The notes under the pieces were generated by a model. It made no database searches and was not told the DNA's origin. It saw nothing but the letters and a program-made list of their open reading frames with translations. From the NCBI GenBank assembly GCA_951406725.2, contig OX597836.1, positions 16,182,001-16,246,000 on the forward strand: 64,000 bases of DNA. Direction: 5' to 3'. Position numbers and translations under genes: made by a program. Below are positions 28,021 to 41,845 of this stretch, in pieces; within the stretch, counting starts at the first letter, position 1, and each line of letters starts with the position of its first letter. This stretch comes from Octopus vulgaris. Lineage: Eukaryota.

Positions 28021-28810
28021 GGCGGCGAGCTGGCAGAATCGTTAACACGTCGGGCGAAATGCGTAGCCGTATTTCGGCTGCCGTTACGTTGTGAGTTCAA
28101 ATTCCGCCGAGGTCGACTTTGCCTTTCATCCTTTCGGCGTCGATAAATTAAGTACCAGTTACGCACTGGGGTCGATGTAATTGACTTAATCCGTTTGTCT
28201 GTCCCTGTTTGTCCTCTCTATGTTTAGCCCCTTGTGGGTAATAAATAAATAGGTATTTCGTCTGTCGTTACGTTCTGAGTTCAAATTCCGCCGAGGTCGA
28301 CTTTGCCTTTCATCCTTTCGGGGTCGATAAATTAAGTACCAGTTATGCACTGGGGTCGATGTAATCGACTTAATACCTATGTCTGTCCATGTTTGTCCCC
28401 TCTGTGTTTAGCCCCTTGTGGGTAATAAAGAAATAGGTATTTCGGCTGCCGTTACGTTCTGAGTTCAAATTCCGCCGAGGTCGACTTTGCCTTTCATCCT
28501 TTCGGGGTCGATAAATTAAGTACCAGTTACGCACTGGGGTCGATGTAATCGACTTAATCCGTTTGTCTGTCCCTGTTTGTCCTCTCTGTGTTTAGCCCCT
28601 TGTGGGTAATAAAGAAATAGAAATAGGTATTTCGGCTGCCGTTACGTTGTGAGTTCAAATTCCGCCGAGGTCGACTTTGCCTTTCAGCCTTTCGGGGTCG
28701 ATAAGTTAAGTACCAGTTATGCACTGGAGTCGATGTAATCGACTTAATACCTATGTCTGTCCTTGTTTGTCCCCTCTATGTTTAGCCCCTTGTGGGTAAT
28801 AAAGAAATAG
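28021..28810 (+). mobile_element. SINE family C tetramer (one head plus four ~184-bp units)
   Basis: Units start at 28069, 28253, 28437 and 28627; GGAATTAATAAGG at 28010-28022 and 28810-28822 (TSD). Confidence 0.9.
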
Positions 28811-28822
28811 GAATTAATAAGG

Positions 28823-29130
28823 TTTCGAACTTCATGAAGTGCGAACATAAAACCGAAATCTTACTCTCTGGTGCTTTGGTGAAGCGATTATCGGGGTTTC
28901 GATCCTCATGTACTAACAACATAAAACCAAAATCTGACTGTGTGCTGCTATGATGAGGCATTTATTAGAGTTTCGAACCTCATGAAGTACCAACAAAAAC
29001 CGAAATCTTACTCTCTGGTGCTTTGGTGAAGCGATTATCGTGGTTTCGATCCTCAAGAAGTAAATAAAGCAGAAATCTTGCTCTGTGGTGCCATGGTGAG
29101 GCGATGGGCGGGATTCGAACATCATGAAGC
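28823..29130. repeat. Minisatellite, ~74-bp unit, about 4 copies
   Basis: TTTCGA.C.TCA recurs at about 28823, 28897, 28971, 29045 and 29113; units 1 and 3 are most alike. Confidence 0.8.
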
Positions 29131-29257
29131 GCCAATCGTCTTTATTAAAAGGCACGATCCAACATGGTCAATGCAATAACTTTCAATGGTGTGTAATGTG
29201 ATTTATTGATGGTAGAAGCAAAACTAAGCTTGAAACTTTTAGAATTTAAATAGCAAA

Positions 29258-29650
29258 CTAGCAGTATCGCCCGGCGTTGCTCGGGTTTGTTTCGAGCCTT
29301 TAGGATTGGAATTTTTGAAAAGTAAAAATTTTGCATTATGTAGCTTATTCTCTTCAAGTGAACATTTTTTCTGGTTGAAATACATCGAAAACTGGCGACA
29401 CAGCAGTCATAAAATCGTAAAAAATAGGGATCTCATAGAAAAAAAAAGCATCTTTTGATGTAAATAATTTTTGGTGTTAACATGGTCCGATTTGAATTTT
29501 TTCTTCTACGGAATGAAGAGCAAGCCTTCTTCTATCATACTCTCTCAATTTTGGTCAACTTGTGCCGCAGGGTTTCGGAGGAGATAGTGTTAGTTGAAGG
29601 CTTACCAAACCTGCCATACACACAGACAACTTCAGTTTTATATATATAGA
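29258..29650 (-). mobile_element. Non-autonomous Helitron
   Basis: Minus strand starts TCTATATATATAAAA and ends CTAG, with a subterminal hairpin CCCG-agcaacgc-CGGG, inserted between A and T. Confidence 0.8.
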
Positions 29651-30293
29651 TTAGTTGACTCCAGATGTATCCTCGGAATGAAACAAGCGTCTTCAGCTGA
29701 TCTTCCTGGCGTGGTTGGAACAACTGTGAAGATACAGAATATCAGAGGACTGCCTTTTGCTTCTCATGAAACGCCCAAGTTATGAAGGTATTTCGATCTT
29801 TTAGCATGTTTCGATCGAAAAAGTTAATCGGGAAATTCTGTCCATTTCGACTTAATTACTGGTGAATGTAAAGAAAGGGATTCATCCGATCGGCCATATT
29901 TGTTGACGAAGGGCTTTGTGTCATTTTAGTTTGTTCGTTCCAGTAACGACGTCTTCCTTGTTTTCTGGTTGTTGTAGCACGTCACTATTTCATAGTGATA
30001 GAGGGGGAGGGATAGAGAGAGAGAGACTGAGAGATAGAAAGAGTCTCGTTAATCCAGAGAGAGAAAGAGAGAATGCTAAATATAGAGAGAAAGTCTTTAG
30101 CCCAGAGAGGACAAAGAGAGAATGAGAGAGAGAGAGAGGGAGAGAGGTAGGGAGAGAGAAAGGAAGAGAGAGGAAGGAGGGAGAGAGAGGAAGGCGAGAA
30201 GAGAGAAACAATTAGACAAAGAGAGAAAGAGAGATACTGAATGCGAGGCAGAGAGAGAGAGAATCTTTAACCCAGAGAGAGGGACACAGAGAA

Positions 30294-30341
<48 letters not shown>

Positions 30342-30499
30342 AGAGAGGGAAAGAGAATGAGAGAGCAAGAGTGAGAAAACCAAGTCACTTTTCTAGAGAT
30401 AAGTATGCCAGTATCTCAGAGAAAGAGAAAGAGAGAGAGAGAGAGAGGGGTGATAGAGAGGGGAGAGAGAGGGGGAGAGAGAGGGGAGAAAGTGAGGCA

Positions 30500-30790
30500 G
30501 ACAGGTGATGACTAAGTTGATTGATATCGTGTTGCGTTCAGGTGAGACTTTCGGTGCTTTGTCAATGATTCGTTGAAGAGTAGAGGCCGTCTTAAATCTA
30601 CTCCACCACCATCTGGCTGAATAGAAAAGACGTAAGTAAGACTGTGTGATGTTCATGCTTTTCTGATAAGCATTAATGTCACCAATGATGTGAACTGGCT
30701 TTGGAAAGAAGAAAAGCCAGGTCCTGAGCCGAAGTTTGAACTTGCGATAGAAAAAGGGACGTAGCAACGATTGCTTACCTTGGCATGGGA
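30500..30790 (-). pseudogene. Decayed LINE apurinic-type endonuclease fragment
   Basis: FFYR...PVHIIGDINA...LQRIIDKAP...TISINLVIT resembles the YRxP, GDFNA, QxIxxPTR and IDLVxT motifs of APE-type endonucleases. Confidence 0.5.
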
Positions 30791-30992
30791 AGGAAGATCA
30801 AATATTCTAAGGTAAGGGTGAAAATAAATAAATTGATCCCAATATATAACTGAAACGTCTGTTAGGCGGGGTGGATGGTTAGCGACCCCATAATAATGAA
30901 AGAAAAAACACACTGGTGAAATTAGAACTTAGAAATGCATGATTAAATACAAAAATAACATTTTTAACATTGGTAATATACCATTATGTGAA

Positions 30993-31750
30993 GGCTGAGT
31001 GGTTAGAGTATTCGGGCTCACGATGGTAAGGTCGTAAGTTCGATTCCCGGCGACGTGTTGTGTTCTTGAACAAAACACTTTTTTTTTCGCGTTGCACCAG
31101 TTCAGTCATCTGGCAAGAATGAGTAGTACCTGTATATCAAAGGGCCAACCTTGTCACATTCTGTATCACGCTAAATCTCCCTGAGATTAAGGGTACGCTT
31201 GTCTGAGGAGTACTCAACCACTTGTACGTTAATTTCACGAGCAGGTTGTTCTCTTGATGGGATCAACTGGAACTCTCGTTGTCGTGACCAGGGAAATACC
31301 ACAAGTTTTTCGGCGAGGCTCACTATCAATTTAATGGACACCAGTACATGACTGGTACTCATTTAAATGATCACAAATAGATGAAATTGCAAAATTAAAT
31401 CTCGGGTACAAGACCAGATAGTTTGGAAAGCAAATGTTGATTATATCAACCCTGGTACATAAATGGTACTTTATTTTACTGATCCTTTATAAAGAAGAAA
31501 GTAAAGGCGCGTGGCCTAGTGGTTAGACTGTTGCACTCATAATCCGATGATCGAGGTTTCGATTTCCAGACTGGTGATGCGTTGCGTTCTTGGGCTAAAT
31601 GCTTAAATTCACACTGCTGCAGTTCATTCAGCTGTAAAGGAGTAACATTGCGATGGACTAGCTTCCCATCCATGGGAAATGTTGCGATCTTGATCTCTAT
31701 CACTTATACGCCATGGAACCCGGGCAACGCACTTTATGAGACTCTGGACT
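30993..31750 (+). mobile_element. Two diverged family B-related SINEs (about 30993-31290 and 31505-31750)
   Basis: tRNA-like heads (GTTCGATTCC / GTTTCGATTTCC), GTTCTTG...ACTT middle; tail variants 2 and 1 respectively. Confidence 0.65.
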
Positions 31751-32777
31751 TGTAACAATAATGTCCCAGGGTTCATGATGAAGACAACGACAACCTTGGA
31801 ATCGTGATTGTAATTGCTTGTGACTAATTTCAATGAGAATTTCTGATTTTAGCATAAGGCCGCCAGCAGTTTTGAGGAGAGAACTTTAACCCAAGCTATC
31901 GACCCCGAGAGGATCAAAATGAAGGTTGACCTCGGCGAGGTCTGAACTCAAACCGTTAAGAATCAGATGGAATACCGCAAAGTATTTATATCTGATGCTC
32001 AAACGATTCTGCCAGATGAGCTACTTCTACTAATTACAATAACAAACACAACAACGAAGATAGTTTTTTTCGCTTTTCTTTATTTATTTGTATATTTATA
32101 TATATATATTTTTTAATAATTATTTTATTGTATTTCCAATTTGCTTTTGAATGGGAGAAAGAATAATTTAATAACGACTGTTCAGACAGGTTCTGTAGCC
32201 TGAGGTTTCATAGGGAGAAGGGTAAGAGGGTTTGTGGTGTTCATGGCTTTCACAACGGCACTGGCGACATTCAAGAAGCGGTACCAAATTGAAACAGAAA
32301 CCGGTTTCGGTGACTTACCCGCCACTAAATAAGTTAAAGACAACAAGTTCCTCAATTTTGCATTCTTTTTTGGTTTTCGTATGTGTGCATGTTTGGGTGT
32401 TGATACGTACGTGTGTTTTTCTATTTGTATCTTACCATCGAGCAATCATTATCTAATCATCGTGATAATTACGTAACGTTTAATAAACAACCAGGATGTT
32501 AACAATCATTGTTTAAACCATCAGGATGGTAGAAATCTTTAGAGGGCCATGCTGGAGTTAGTGATCGTTAGCCAAATCATTTCGATTGTGACGGCAGATA
32601 GCTAAGCATTTTGGCCATAGCGCAGGAATTCCTATACAGAACTTAGCTAACCATCTCGATGGTAAGACACGCTTTTATTTCTTTTTGTGTAGGTGTATAT
32701 CATGCTTGCATTAATCATTGTATGTGTGACAGTATATTATCATATGTTTCTGAGTGTAAGAATCCACACACATATAA

Positions 32778-32818
<41 letters not shown>

Positions 32819-32918
32819 CATACACACACGCGCACACACGCACGCACACACACACACATATATGCATCCATATATATATACATATTTATAAATCATAAAT
32901 ATGTATATGATACATACA

Positions 32919-32970
<52 letters not shown>

Positions 32971-33215
32971 TATATACATATATATATATAGATATATATA
33001 GATATGTATATATATATATATAGATAGATATATGTAAAGAATATATAAATATATAAATATGTGTATATAATATATAAATATATAATAATATATAAATATA
33101 TATAATACAAATATACATATATCATATACAATATAAGTGTATATATCTATATATATAAGTGTATATAAATGTATTTATATATATATATATGTATGTATAT
33201 AACATAAATATTATA

Positions 33216-33293
<78 letters not shown>

Positions 33294-33545
33294 CATATAT
33301 ATATAAGTGCATATAAAAAATATATATATACATATATATGTATGTATATGTATATAACAGATATTATATATATATATATATGCACACACATCCACACAGA
33401 CACACATATATGTGTGTATATATATGTGTGTGTATGTATCCATATCCAGCTAAGTAATTTCAAAAACAACACATAAAAACAAACGTGCATTGGAAATACA
33501 CAGTTGTGATATTAGTTTCACGCTGGAATGAAGAGAGGAACAAAA

Positions 33546-33583
33546 CTTTTACGTTTCGGGCTTTTGCCCGTCATCAAATAAAA
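33546..33583 (-). ncRNA. Degenerate minimal hammerhead-like motif
   Basis: Minus strand TTGATGA-C-GGGC aaaa GCCC-GAAAC-GTA-AAAG; C3 replaced by U and stem I weak. Confidence 0.45.
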
Positions 33584-33785
33584 CTAGAGGAGAAATGGAA
33601 GGCAAGAACGGAAAAGAAAAAAAGAGAAAGAGAAAGGAAATATGTTCCATGGAACGAGATTTTCATGTAAATAATAATAATTCCATTGTTGGTTTCTGTG
33701 TGTTGTTCCAAAATTACTTCGTTGCCCTTTCCGCCAGAATGAAAGGGATTGCATTAAATCTACAATTATTATTGTATTATTAATA

Positions 33786-33878
<93 letters not shown>

Positions 33879-33934
33879 ATATACATATATATATGCATAT
33901 ATATATACATACATATATACATACGTATATACAG

Positions 33935-33967
<33 letters not shown>

Positions 33968-33987
33968 AGATATAGCCTTGTTTATTT

Positions 33988-34034
<47 letters not shown>

Positions 34035-34052
34035 CGTATATGTGTGTGTATA

Positions 34053-34087
<35 letters not shown>

Positions 34088-34291
34088 TTCTGTGAAGCGG
34101 AAATTATCGCAACTTCAGCATTTTAATATATAGTTGTGTGTGTGCGCGCGTGCGCGCTGTGAAGTGGAGATCGCCATGTTGTCAGCACTTTCTGTGTGAT
34201 TGTGTGTGTATATGTACAAGTAATTGTATATGAATGTGTGAAAATAATCACTTATATGTGTATATGTATATGTGCTTATATATACACGTGC

Positions 34292-34323
<32 letters not shown>

Positions 34324-34369
34324 TTGTGTGAGTGTGTGTTTGTGTGTGTATGTGCATGTGTATGTGTCT

Positions 34370-34905
34370 ATCTGTACACGTATATATGTATGTATATATA
34401 TATATATGTGTGTGTGTGTGTATGTGTTTATGTTTGTGTGAAAATGAGTTGTGTGTTTATATGTACACGTATATATGTATGTATATATATATGTGTGTGT
34501 GTGTGCGTGTTTATGTATGTGTGTGTATGTGCATCTGTAAAATGTTGCGTGGTATGTGTATGTGTCTATATATACACGTATATATATATATGTGTGTGTG
34601 TGTAAAAATGAGTTAAGTGTGTGTTTATATATACACGTATATATGTATATATATATATGTGTGTATGTGTGTGTATGTCTATGTGTGTGTGCGTGAAAAT
34701 GAGTTAAATGTGTGTTTATATCTACACGTATATATGTATGTATATATATGTGTGTGTGTGTGTATTTGTGTGAAAACGTGTTAAGTGTGTGTTTATATGT
34801 ACACGTATATATGTGTGTATATATATGTGTGTGTGTGTGAAAATGAGTTAAGTGTGTGTTTATATGTACACGTATATATGTGTGTGTGTGTGTGTATGTA
34901 TGAAA
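34370..34905. repeat. Compound minisatellite just downstream of the TGF-beta stop codon
   Basis: GAAAATGAGTTAAGTGTGTGTTTATAT.TACACGTATATATG recurs about 6 times with variable (GT)n spacers. Confidence 0.8.
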
Positions 34906-34938
34906 AGGAGCGTGGGTAATGGTGTGTGAACGTGTACT

Positions 34939-35743
34939 CTATCGACATCGACAGTCCTGCACGACCATGTTCTGTTTCTCTGATAGCGTCAGTTGGCCGT
35001 CGTTGTTATAATGCAGCAACGTTAAACCTTTGTACTCGTTCGGTACACAACACACACCGACCGGCATCTTCTCCGGGTTCGCTTGGTGGATTAAATTCTT
35101 TACAAGAGCCCAGTCGTTCGCTAACCGACTGCTTCCACAATCGCCTTCACAATAATATGCGTTAAATGATGTGGGCGCTATCACCCAGTCGTCCCAGCTA
35201 AGTTCCTTAAAGTCGATTTTCAGCGAAAAGCGACAGCACTGCGTCTCTCCGTCACCCTTCTCGCAATCGCCAGTGTGGATGTCTCTCTTCACTCTTCCTA
35301 GGATTAACCTTTCCGACGTCTTTACGTTCAGCCGCGGTTCTTGGTCGCGCAAAGATCTTTTCATCAGTCGATTTACTTGGAAAATACGATGTAGGTCTTT
35401 CGTACAGGCTTTGCTGGACAACTGCAGTCTGAGTAATCCGTCTTTCTTTGTAGGTCCGTCTAACCAGTTTTGTAGGGCTTGTTGGATATTAAATATCACC
35501 CAACCGGATTCTCTGAAGTCGATGATTTTCGTGTCGACAAGAGTTCGTTTGGTTTCGCTTGTGTTCGAATCGGCAGTCACGTGATACACGTTGACCTCCA
35601 TTAATGAATCAAGACTAGAGGATTCGTTCGAGGCATCCATTTTGCCTCCTCGTTTATAAATGTGTAACTTTGCTGATCGGATTATAGTCTCCATTAGCGG
35701 ATCTTTAGGATGTTGTAACTTCATGGCAAACACCAGATTTGGG

Positions 35744-35775
<32 letters not shown>

Positions 35776-35864
35776 GTTGTTGTTGTTATTATTATTATTG
35801 TTGTTATTATTCTTATTGTCGTTAGCTTGATCCAGTTTAGATTCCACGTTTTCTCTTGGGAAAT
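34939..35864 (-). CDS. TGF-beta superfamily ligand (activin/inhibin-beta/myostatin-like), terminal coding exon
   Basis: Acceptor TTTAATCTCTCTTCAG ending at 35865 (phase 1); prodomain arm (SAKLHIY, SGWVIFNI..ALQNWL); furin site RVKR at 35284-35295; 114-aa mature domain with 9 Cys (C, CC, CEGDC, CC, CRC) and WDDWVIAP; TAG at 34939-34941. Confidence 0.95.
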
Positions 35865-36059
35865 CTGAAGAGAGATTAAATAAATAAATAAATGAATAAA
35901 TAAATAAATAAATAAATAAATGCAAATGAAAATTTAATTGGTTTATGTTAATTATATTATATTATATTAATTTAAAACAATGTAGCAATTATGAAATTTC
36001 ATCGTAAACAAGTTTAACTCAATGAATGTTAGGTTCTCACTTCCTGGCGACTGAAATGT

Positions 36060-36120
<61 letters not shown>

Positions 36121-36256
36121 CGCCGCTGCTGCTGCTGCTACTGCTGCTGCTGTTGCTGCTGCTTCCACTGCTACTGCTGCTTGTTACTACTACTACTACT
36201 ACTACTACTACTATTACTAATACTATTACTACTACTGATGCTGCTTCTGCTTCTGT

Positions 36257-36297
<41 letters not shown>

Positions 36298-36693
36298 AGA
36301 TTAATTAATCAGCGAAGTTTACCACTAAATAGTTGCTCCAAATTTTGGCACAAGGCCAACAGTTTTGAGGGTAGAGGGTGAGTACATCGACCTCGAAAGG
36401 ATGAAAACAATTTTTTTGTGGCGGATGGGGGGAGAAGGGAAGGGTACTAATTCGATACCAATGAACCCAGTAACATGACTGGTATTTTACCGATCTTAGA
36501 AAGATGAAAAGTGAATGTTGGCTTTGACCAGGTTTGAACCTAGACCATAAAACTTCGGAAGAATATCACGAGACATCGACCACCAGAACTTAAATGATAA
36601 TGTAATTTATCGATCCTGAATACATTGTATTGATTAAAGAAAATAATCTTATATTGGGGCATATAAGCCCTCAACAGATTTAAGCATATAAAA

Positions 36694-36750
<57 letters not shown>

Positions 36751-37432
36751 CATTTACAGAATTGTAAAATTCGCCACTGCCTTTCAAAAGCGTCGTATAT
36801 ATATTTATAAATTCATGTTTTGAGTTATATTTTTCCTATTTGCATCATCAAACCCATGTATATATATATATATACACCCAGTTTGCAATAGTTAAACGAT
36901 TTTCCACCTCCACTCAGTACGCCAGAGATATTAAGTTGGATAGCGGTATAATTATTTATTAAAATTTATTCAGTTGCCTTAAAGGCGGCGTGCAGGCAGA
37001 ATCGTTAGCACGACAAACGAAAACGCTTGGCGACATTTCGTCCGTCTTTCCGCTCTGAGTTCAAATTTCCACGAGTTCGACTTTGGCCTTCGTCCTTTTG
37101 TTGGCTAATATATAAACTATCAGCCAAGGAATGGAATCGATGTCCCAAAATTTCCTGGACTTGTGACTATAGTAGAAAAGATTGTTATATTTTCGCTGCC
37201 TCTTTCTCTCTCCATAGATAAACACATCTGTTAAGTTTGCAACAAAGCGGATGAGAAAATATATGATTAGTCAAAGTTCTCAATCCAGACAGATAATAAT
37301 TTATGCAAAGAATGAAGTAGAATGTAACGCAATCTACAGATTTCCTATTCATTACAATGCCGACACGGCTGATTCGACGGACCGGCTCTGTTTGTCACGA
37401 GTAAAATCGAATTTAAACATTATCCCAAAATT

Positions 37433-37841
37433 ACTCTCTTTTACTCTTTTACTCTTTTACTTGTATCAGTCATTTGACTGCCGCCATGCTGGAGCACCGC
37501 CTTTAGTCGAGCAAATCGACCCCGGGACTTATTCTTTTGTAAGCCCAGTACTTATTCTATCTGTCTCTTTTGCCGAACCGCTAAGTGACGGGGACGTAAA
37601 CACACCAGCATCAGTTGTCAAGCAATGCTAGGGGGACAAACATAGACACACAAACACATATATATATATACATATATACAACAGGCTTCTTTCAGTTTCC
37701 CTCTACCAAATCCACTCACAAGGCATTGGTCGGCCCGGGGCTATAGCAGAAGAGACTTGCCCAAGGTGCCACGCAGTGGGACTGAACCCGGAACCATGTG
37801 GTTGGTAAGCAAGCTACCTACCACACAGCCACTCCTACGCC
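37433..37841 (-). mobile_element. SINE family A, full length
   Basis: Matches the 11192 and 27350 copies. Confidence 0.9.
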
Positions 37842-38250
37842 TATAAATTCGTTTTGACAATTCGGACTGCTTCGGCGAAACAACGGCGTTATTGTCACAT
37901 ATATTGAACACACACACTCACACATACGGAGACACATACATAGTTACACGTGTATCCACATTCACACAAATGTAAATGTAATAAATAATGAGTATTCTTT
38001 CATTCTTTACTCTTTTATTTGTTTCAGTGATTGTGCTGTGGTCAGTCTGGAGCACATCCTTACCACGTTGATCAAATAGATCTATCCCAGGATATATTTT
38101 AAGTCTGGCATTTATTTAATCAGTTTCTTTTGCAAAACCACTAAGTTACCAAGTCATAAACTAACAACGGTTGTCAAACACACTCACACACACACACACA
38201 GAGGCGTATACATTGTGGGTTACGCTTTGATGCGATACACTTTATTTTGA

Positions 38251-38323
38251 AATGTTTTGACTGAGGAAGATATTATGTAAAAAGATTTCTAACATAATTA
38301 CTCGAAACGTGTTTTAAAACATT
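38251..38323 (+). ncRNA. Type I hammerhead ribozyme motif
   Basis: AATGTTTTGA-CTGAGGA-A-stem II (GA/TC plus ATTATGT/ACATAAT)-GAAAC gt GTT-TTAAAACATT; 10-bp stem I. Confidence 0.7.
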
Positions 38324-38354
38324 CGAAATATGCACATTTCATTCTATACCTATA

Positions 38355-38503
<149 letters not shown>

Positions 38504-38820
38504 GAAAAATACAGAAAAATACAAACTGGGACAAGAACGTAAAACATTTAGACGACGATACAAAAAACACGGATCATCGTAGCAAGAACCGGATCATCGT
38601 AGCAATTTCGGCTGATTAATCTTGAGATCGCTCCGATCCGGCCAGCCCCAAGGAAAAACTAAGTTACGAGCATTAGATTTCTTGGAAGAAGGATCGAATG
38701 TATACAAAACAAGGACGGAAAACCGAACGATGGCACACGAATATAAAATACAAAAAACAATAATGGTAAAAACAGGACAAAAACAGCGGGTGACTTACGA
38801 CTAATAAACAGTACAACAAG

Positions 38821-38877
<57 letters not shown>

Positions 38878-38905
38878 TAAACCTCGCCAAGATAAATATT
38901 TAAAC

Positions 38906-38970
38906 CACCTGATGAATGACTGTAACGCGAAAATTTTAAAGAAATTAACAGCCATGAAACGATCGTAGTG
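38906..38970 (+). ncRNA. Type I hammerhead ribozyme motif
   Basis: CAC-CTGATGA-ATGACTGT...ACAGCCAT-GAAAC gatc GTA-GTG; palindromic loop III; lies in a ~225-bp AT-rich element bounded by (TA)n on both sides. Confidence 0.7.
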
Positions 38971-39094
38971 ATATATTAATTATATTTTTTAATAATTTTG
39001 TTATATATTTAAATAATATAAATTAAATAATCTTATGTATTGGCTTAAGTTTTTCATTGTATGATTTACCTAATAGTGGTTTTGTCTCTAATTT

Positions 39095-39153
<59 letters not shown>

Positions 39154-39591
39154 AGATGGGTTTCTTATACAGTTTATGTCTGCCAGTCTACCCAATTCAC
39201 TCAGAACAGAAGGCAGCAGTGTTTGGCCCGGGGTTATATAGCAGAAGACACTTGGCCACGGTGGCTTCCCGCAGTTGGATGGAATCTGAAACCAAGAGTT
39301 AGCGAAGCGAACTTGTTAACCACACAACAGCCATGCCTGCTCCTATTAATTTCTGCGTTATCCTGCATAACTAATAATTCAATACAAATAACTTCTACGC
39401 TTTCTCTGCACCCCGCCAACCCGGATTCTTCCTCCAGACGTTTCTAGTTTCTCAGAAAAGCTTCTACTTTTGCCGAGAGGTTTAAATTCCTAACCACAGT
39501 CTGAATTTTCTCTCTTAGAAGGAAGAAAGAGAAAGAGAGAGAAAGGGAGTGAAAGAGAGAGAGAGAGAGAGAGCGAGAGAGAAAGGGAGTT

Positions 39592-39626
<35 letters not shown>

Positions 39627-40549
39627 GAGCGTGAGGGGCCGGGAGGTAACAAATTAAGAATGATTTAAAATTAATAAGCTGACGCAATTCGGTAAAAAAA
39701 ATATTACTAGTTGCCGGTGTTATTAATTTAGTTTCGTAAAATAATAATTTTCTTTTGAGAACTTTTTCCTAGTTTGCAAACAAACAAACAAAATAAAAAA
39801 AAAACACACACACACACACAAAAATACAAAAAGCAAAATAAAAATATATCAACCGACCAACCAGCCAACCCACCAGCAAACCAGCCAACCAGCCGACTAG
39901 CCAACTAACCAATTTTTCAACTTCCCTTCTAAACAGTCATGAGGTACTCAGTATAATGTATGATTGCGAGTGTGTGCGTGTGTGTGTGTGTGTGTGTATG
40001 TGTGTGTATGTTCTTAAGTGTATGTGTGTGTACGTGTTTAAGTGTATGTGTGTGTACTTGTTTAAGTGTGTACGTGTTTATGTGTGTATGTTTAAGTGTA
40101 TGTATGTGTATGTGTTTATGTGTGTATGTGTGTGTATGTGTTTATGTGCGTATGTGTGTGTATGCGTTTATGTGTCTGTATGTCTGCGCGTGTGCACGTG
40201 TGTGTATGTGTGTATGTGTGTGTAAGCGTGCGTGTATTTGTGCGCGCGCGTTGTTTCAGTGTGGAGGTCAAGGCCTCACCGTGACCTCCAGGCTGAATGG
40301 AAGTCTGGAAAGGGAAGTCGTTCGATTGTACAAGAGTCATTTATTAACAGCGACACCTCCACCACAACCGTCATCATCGTCATCATCATCAATATAGTCA
40401 TCGACAACATAGATAACATTATCATCATCATCGTCGTCATCGACGTGATCACCACCATCATCATCATCACCATCACCATCAGCATTATCATCATCACCAT
40501 CACCATCAGCATTATCATCATCACCATCATCATCACCTTCATCATCACC

Positions 40550-40592
<43 letters not shown>

Positions 40593-41085
40593 CCATCATC
40601 ATCACCATCATCATCACCATCATCATCAACATCATCATCATCATCAACATCATCATCACCATCACCATCATCATCATTATCATCATCATCAACAGCAGCA
40701 TTATCATCATCATCATTATCATCAACATCACCACCATCACCATCATCATAATTTCTTTCTACTTGTACTACAATACGTTTCAGTGCTTCAAAAATAAACT
40801 TATGTTTATCTACATATGACGTAATTTCTATTCCATTTAGCGTTTCTAGATAAGTTTATAAATTCTAAATTGCCGAAGAATTTATCAGCAAAGCACTTTA
40901 GCTTAGATGGTACAGCACTTTGACCGGAAATTGAAGGCACGTGAGTTCAAGTCTCATAGCTGATGGCTGACAGATTTCCTACTCTGTAAGGATTTTATCC
41001 AATATGTGCTGTTCTATCTTGAAAAAGTATATCTTTCTACTTCTACTGAAATTATTATTATTATTGTTGTTGTTATTATTATTCG

Positions 41086-41447
41086 AGTAGCCCATCCCGC
41101 TCAAAAGGTCCATGAACAAGTGTTGTTTAAGCATGATGAACACAGATGTTTCCAGAAGTGAATTATCCAAACCCCAAAGAATTCCTCTCAACACGTGGCT
41201 ATGATGCTCCCCCACTACTTCTGTTCGTGATCAGACATGCATATATTGTCAGCCACTAAGGGACATGCTCAACTAGTTAAGGTCAAACAACTGACAAGCA
41301 AATCTGTGATATTGAGCAGAATATTTGCTGTAGCCCATCTTTTATACCAAGACAAAGCAATGTACATGATAACACTTCCAATCAATTAAGATCAGAAGCC
41401 ATAAGAGCCACTGCCTGGTACTGCGTCATGGCATTTATTATTATTAC

Positions 41448-41501
<54 letters not shown>

Positions 41502-41503
41502 CA

Positions 41504-41536
<33 letters not shown>

Positions 41537-41588
41537 TTTATTATCATTATTATTATCATTATCATTATTATCATTATTATTATTATTA

Positions 41589-41668
<80 letters not shown>

Positions 41669-41703
41669 TTTTTTTTATTATTATTATCATTATTATTATT
41701 ATC

Positions 41704-41799
<96 letters not shown>

Positions 41800-41813
41800 T
41801 TTTTTTTTTTAAT

Positions 41814-41845
<32 letters not shown>

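Noticed and set aside
28021-28810. Regular repeat resembling a CRISPR array
   Set aside because: Contiguous 184-bp SINE units without unique spacers, no cas genes, eukaryotic context
35865-35925. Listed ORF start MHLFIYLFIY for the TGF-beta protein
   Set aside because: It is intronic (ATTT)n sequence upstream of a good acceptor and has no signal peptide or straitjacket helix
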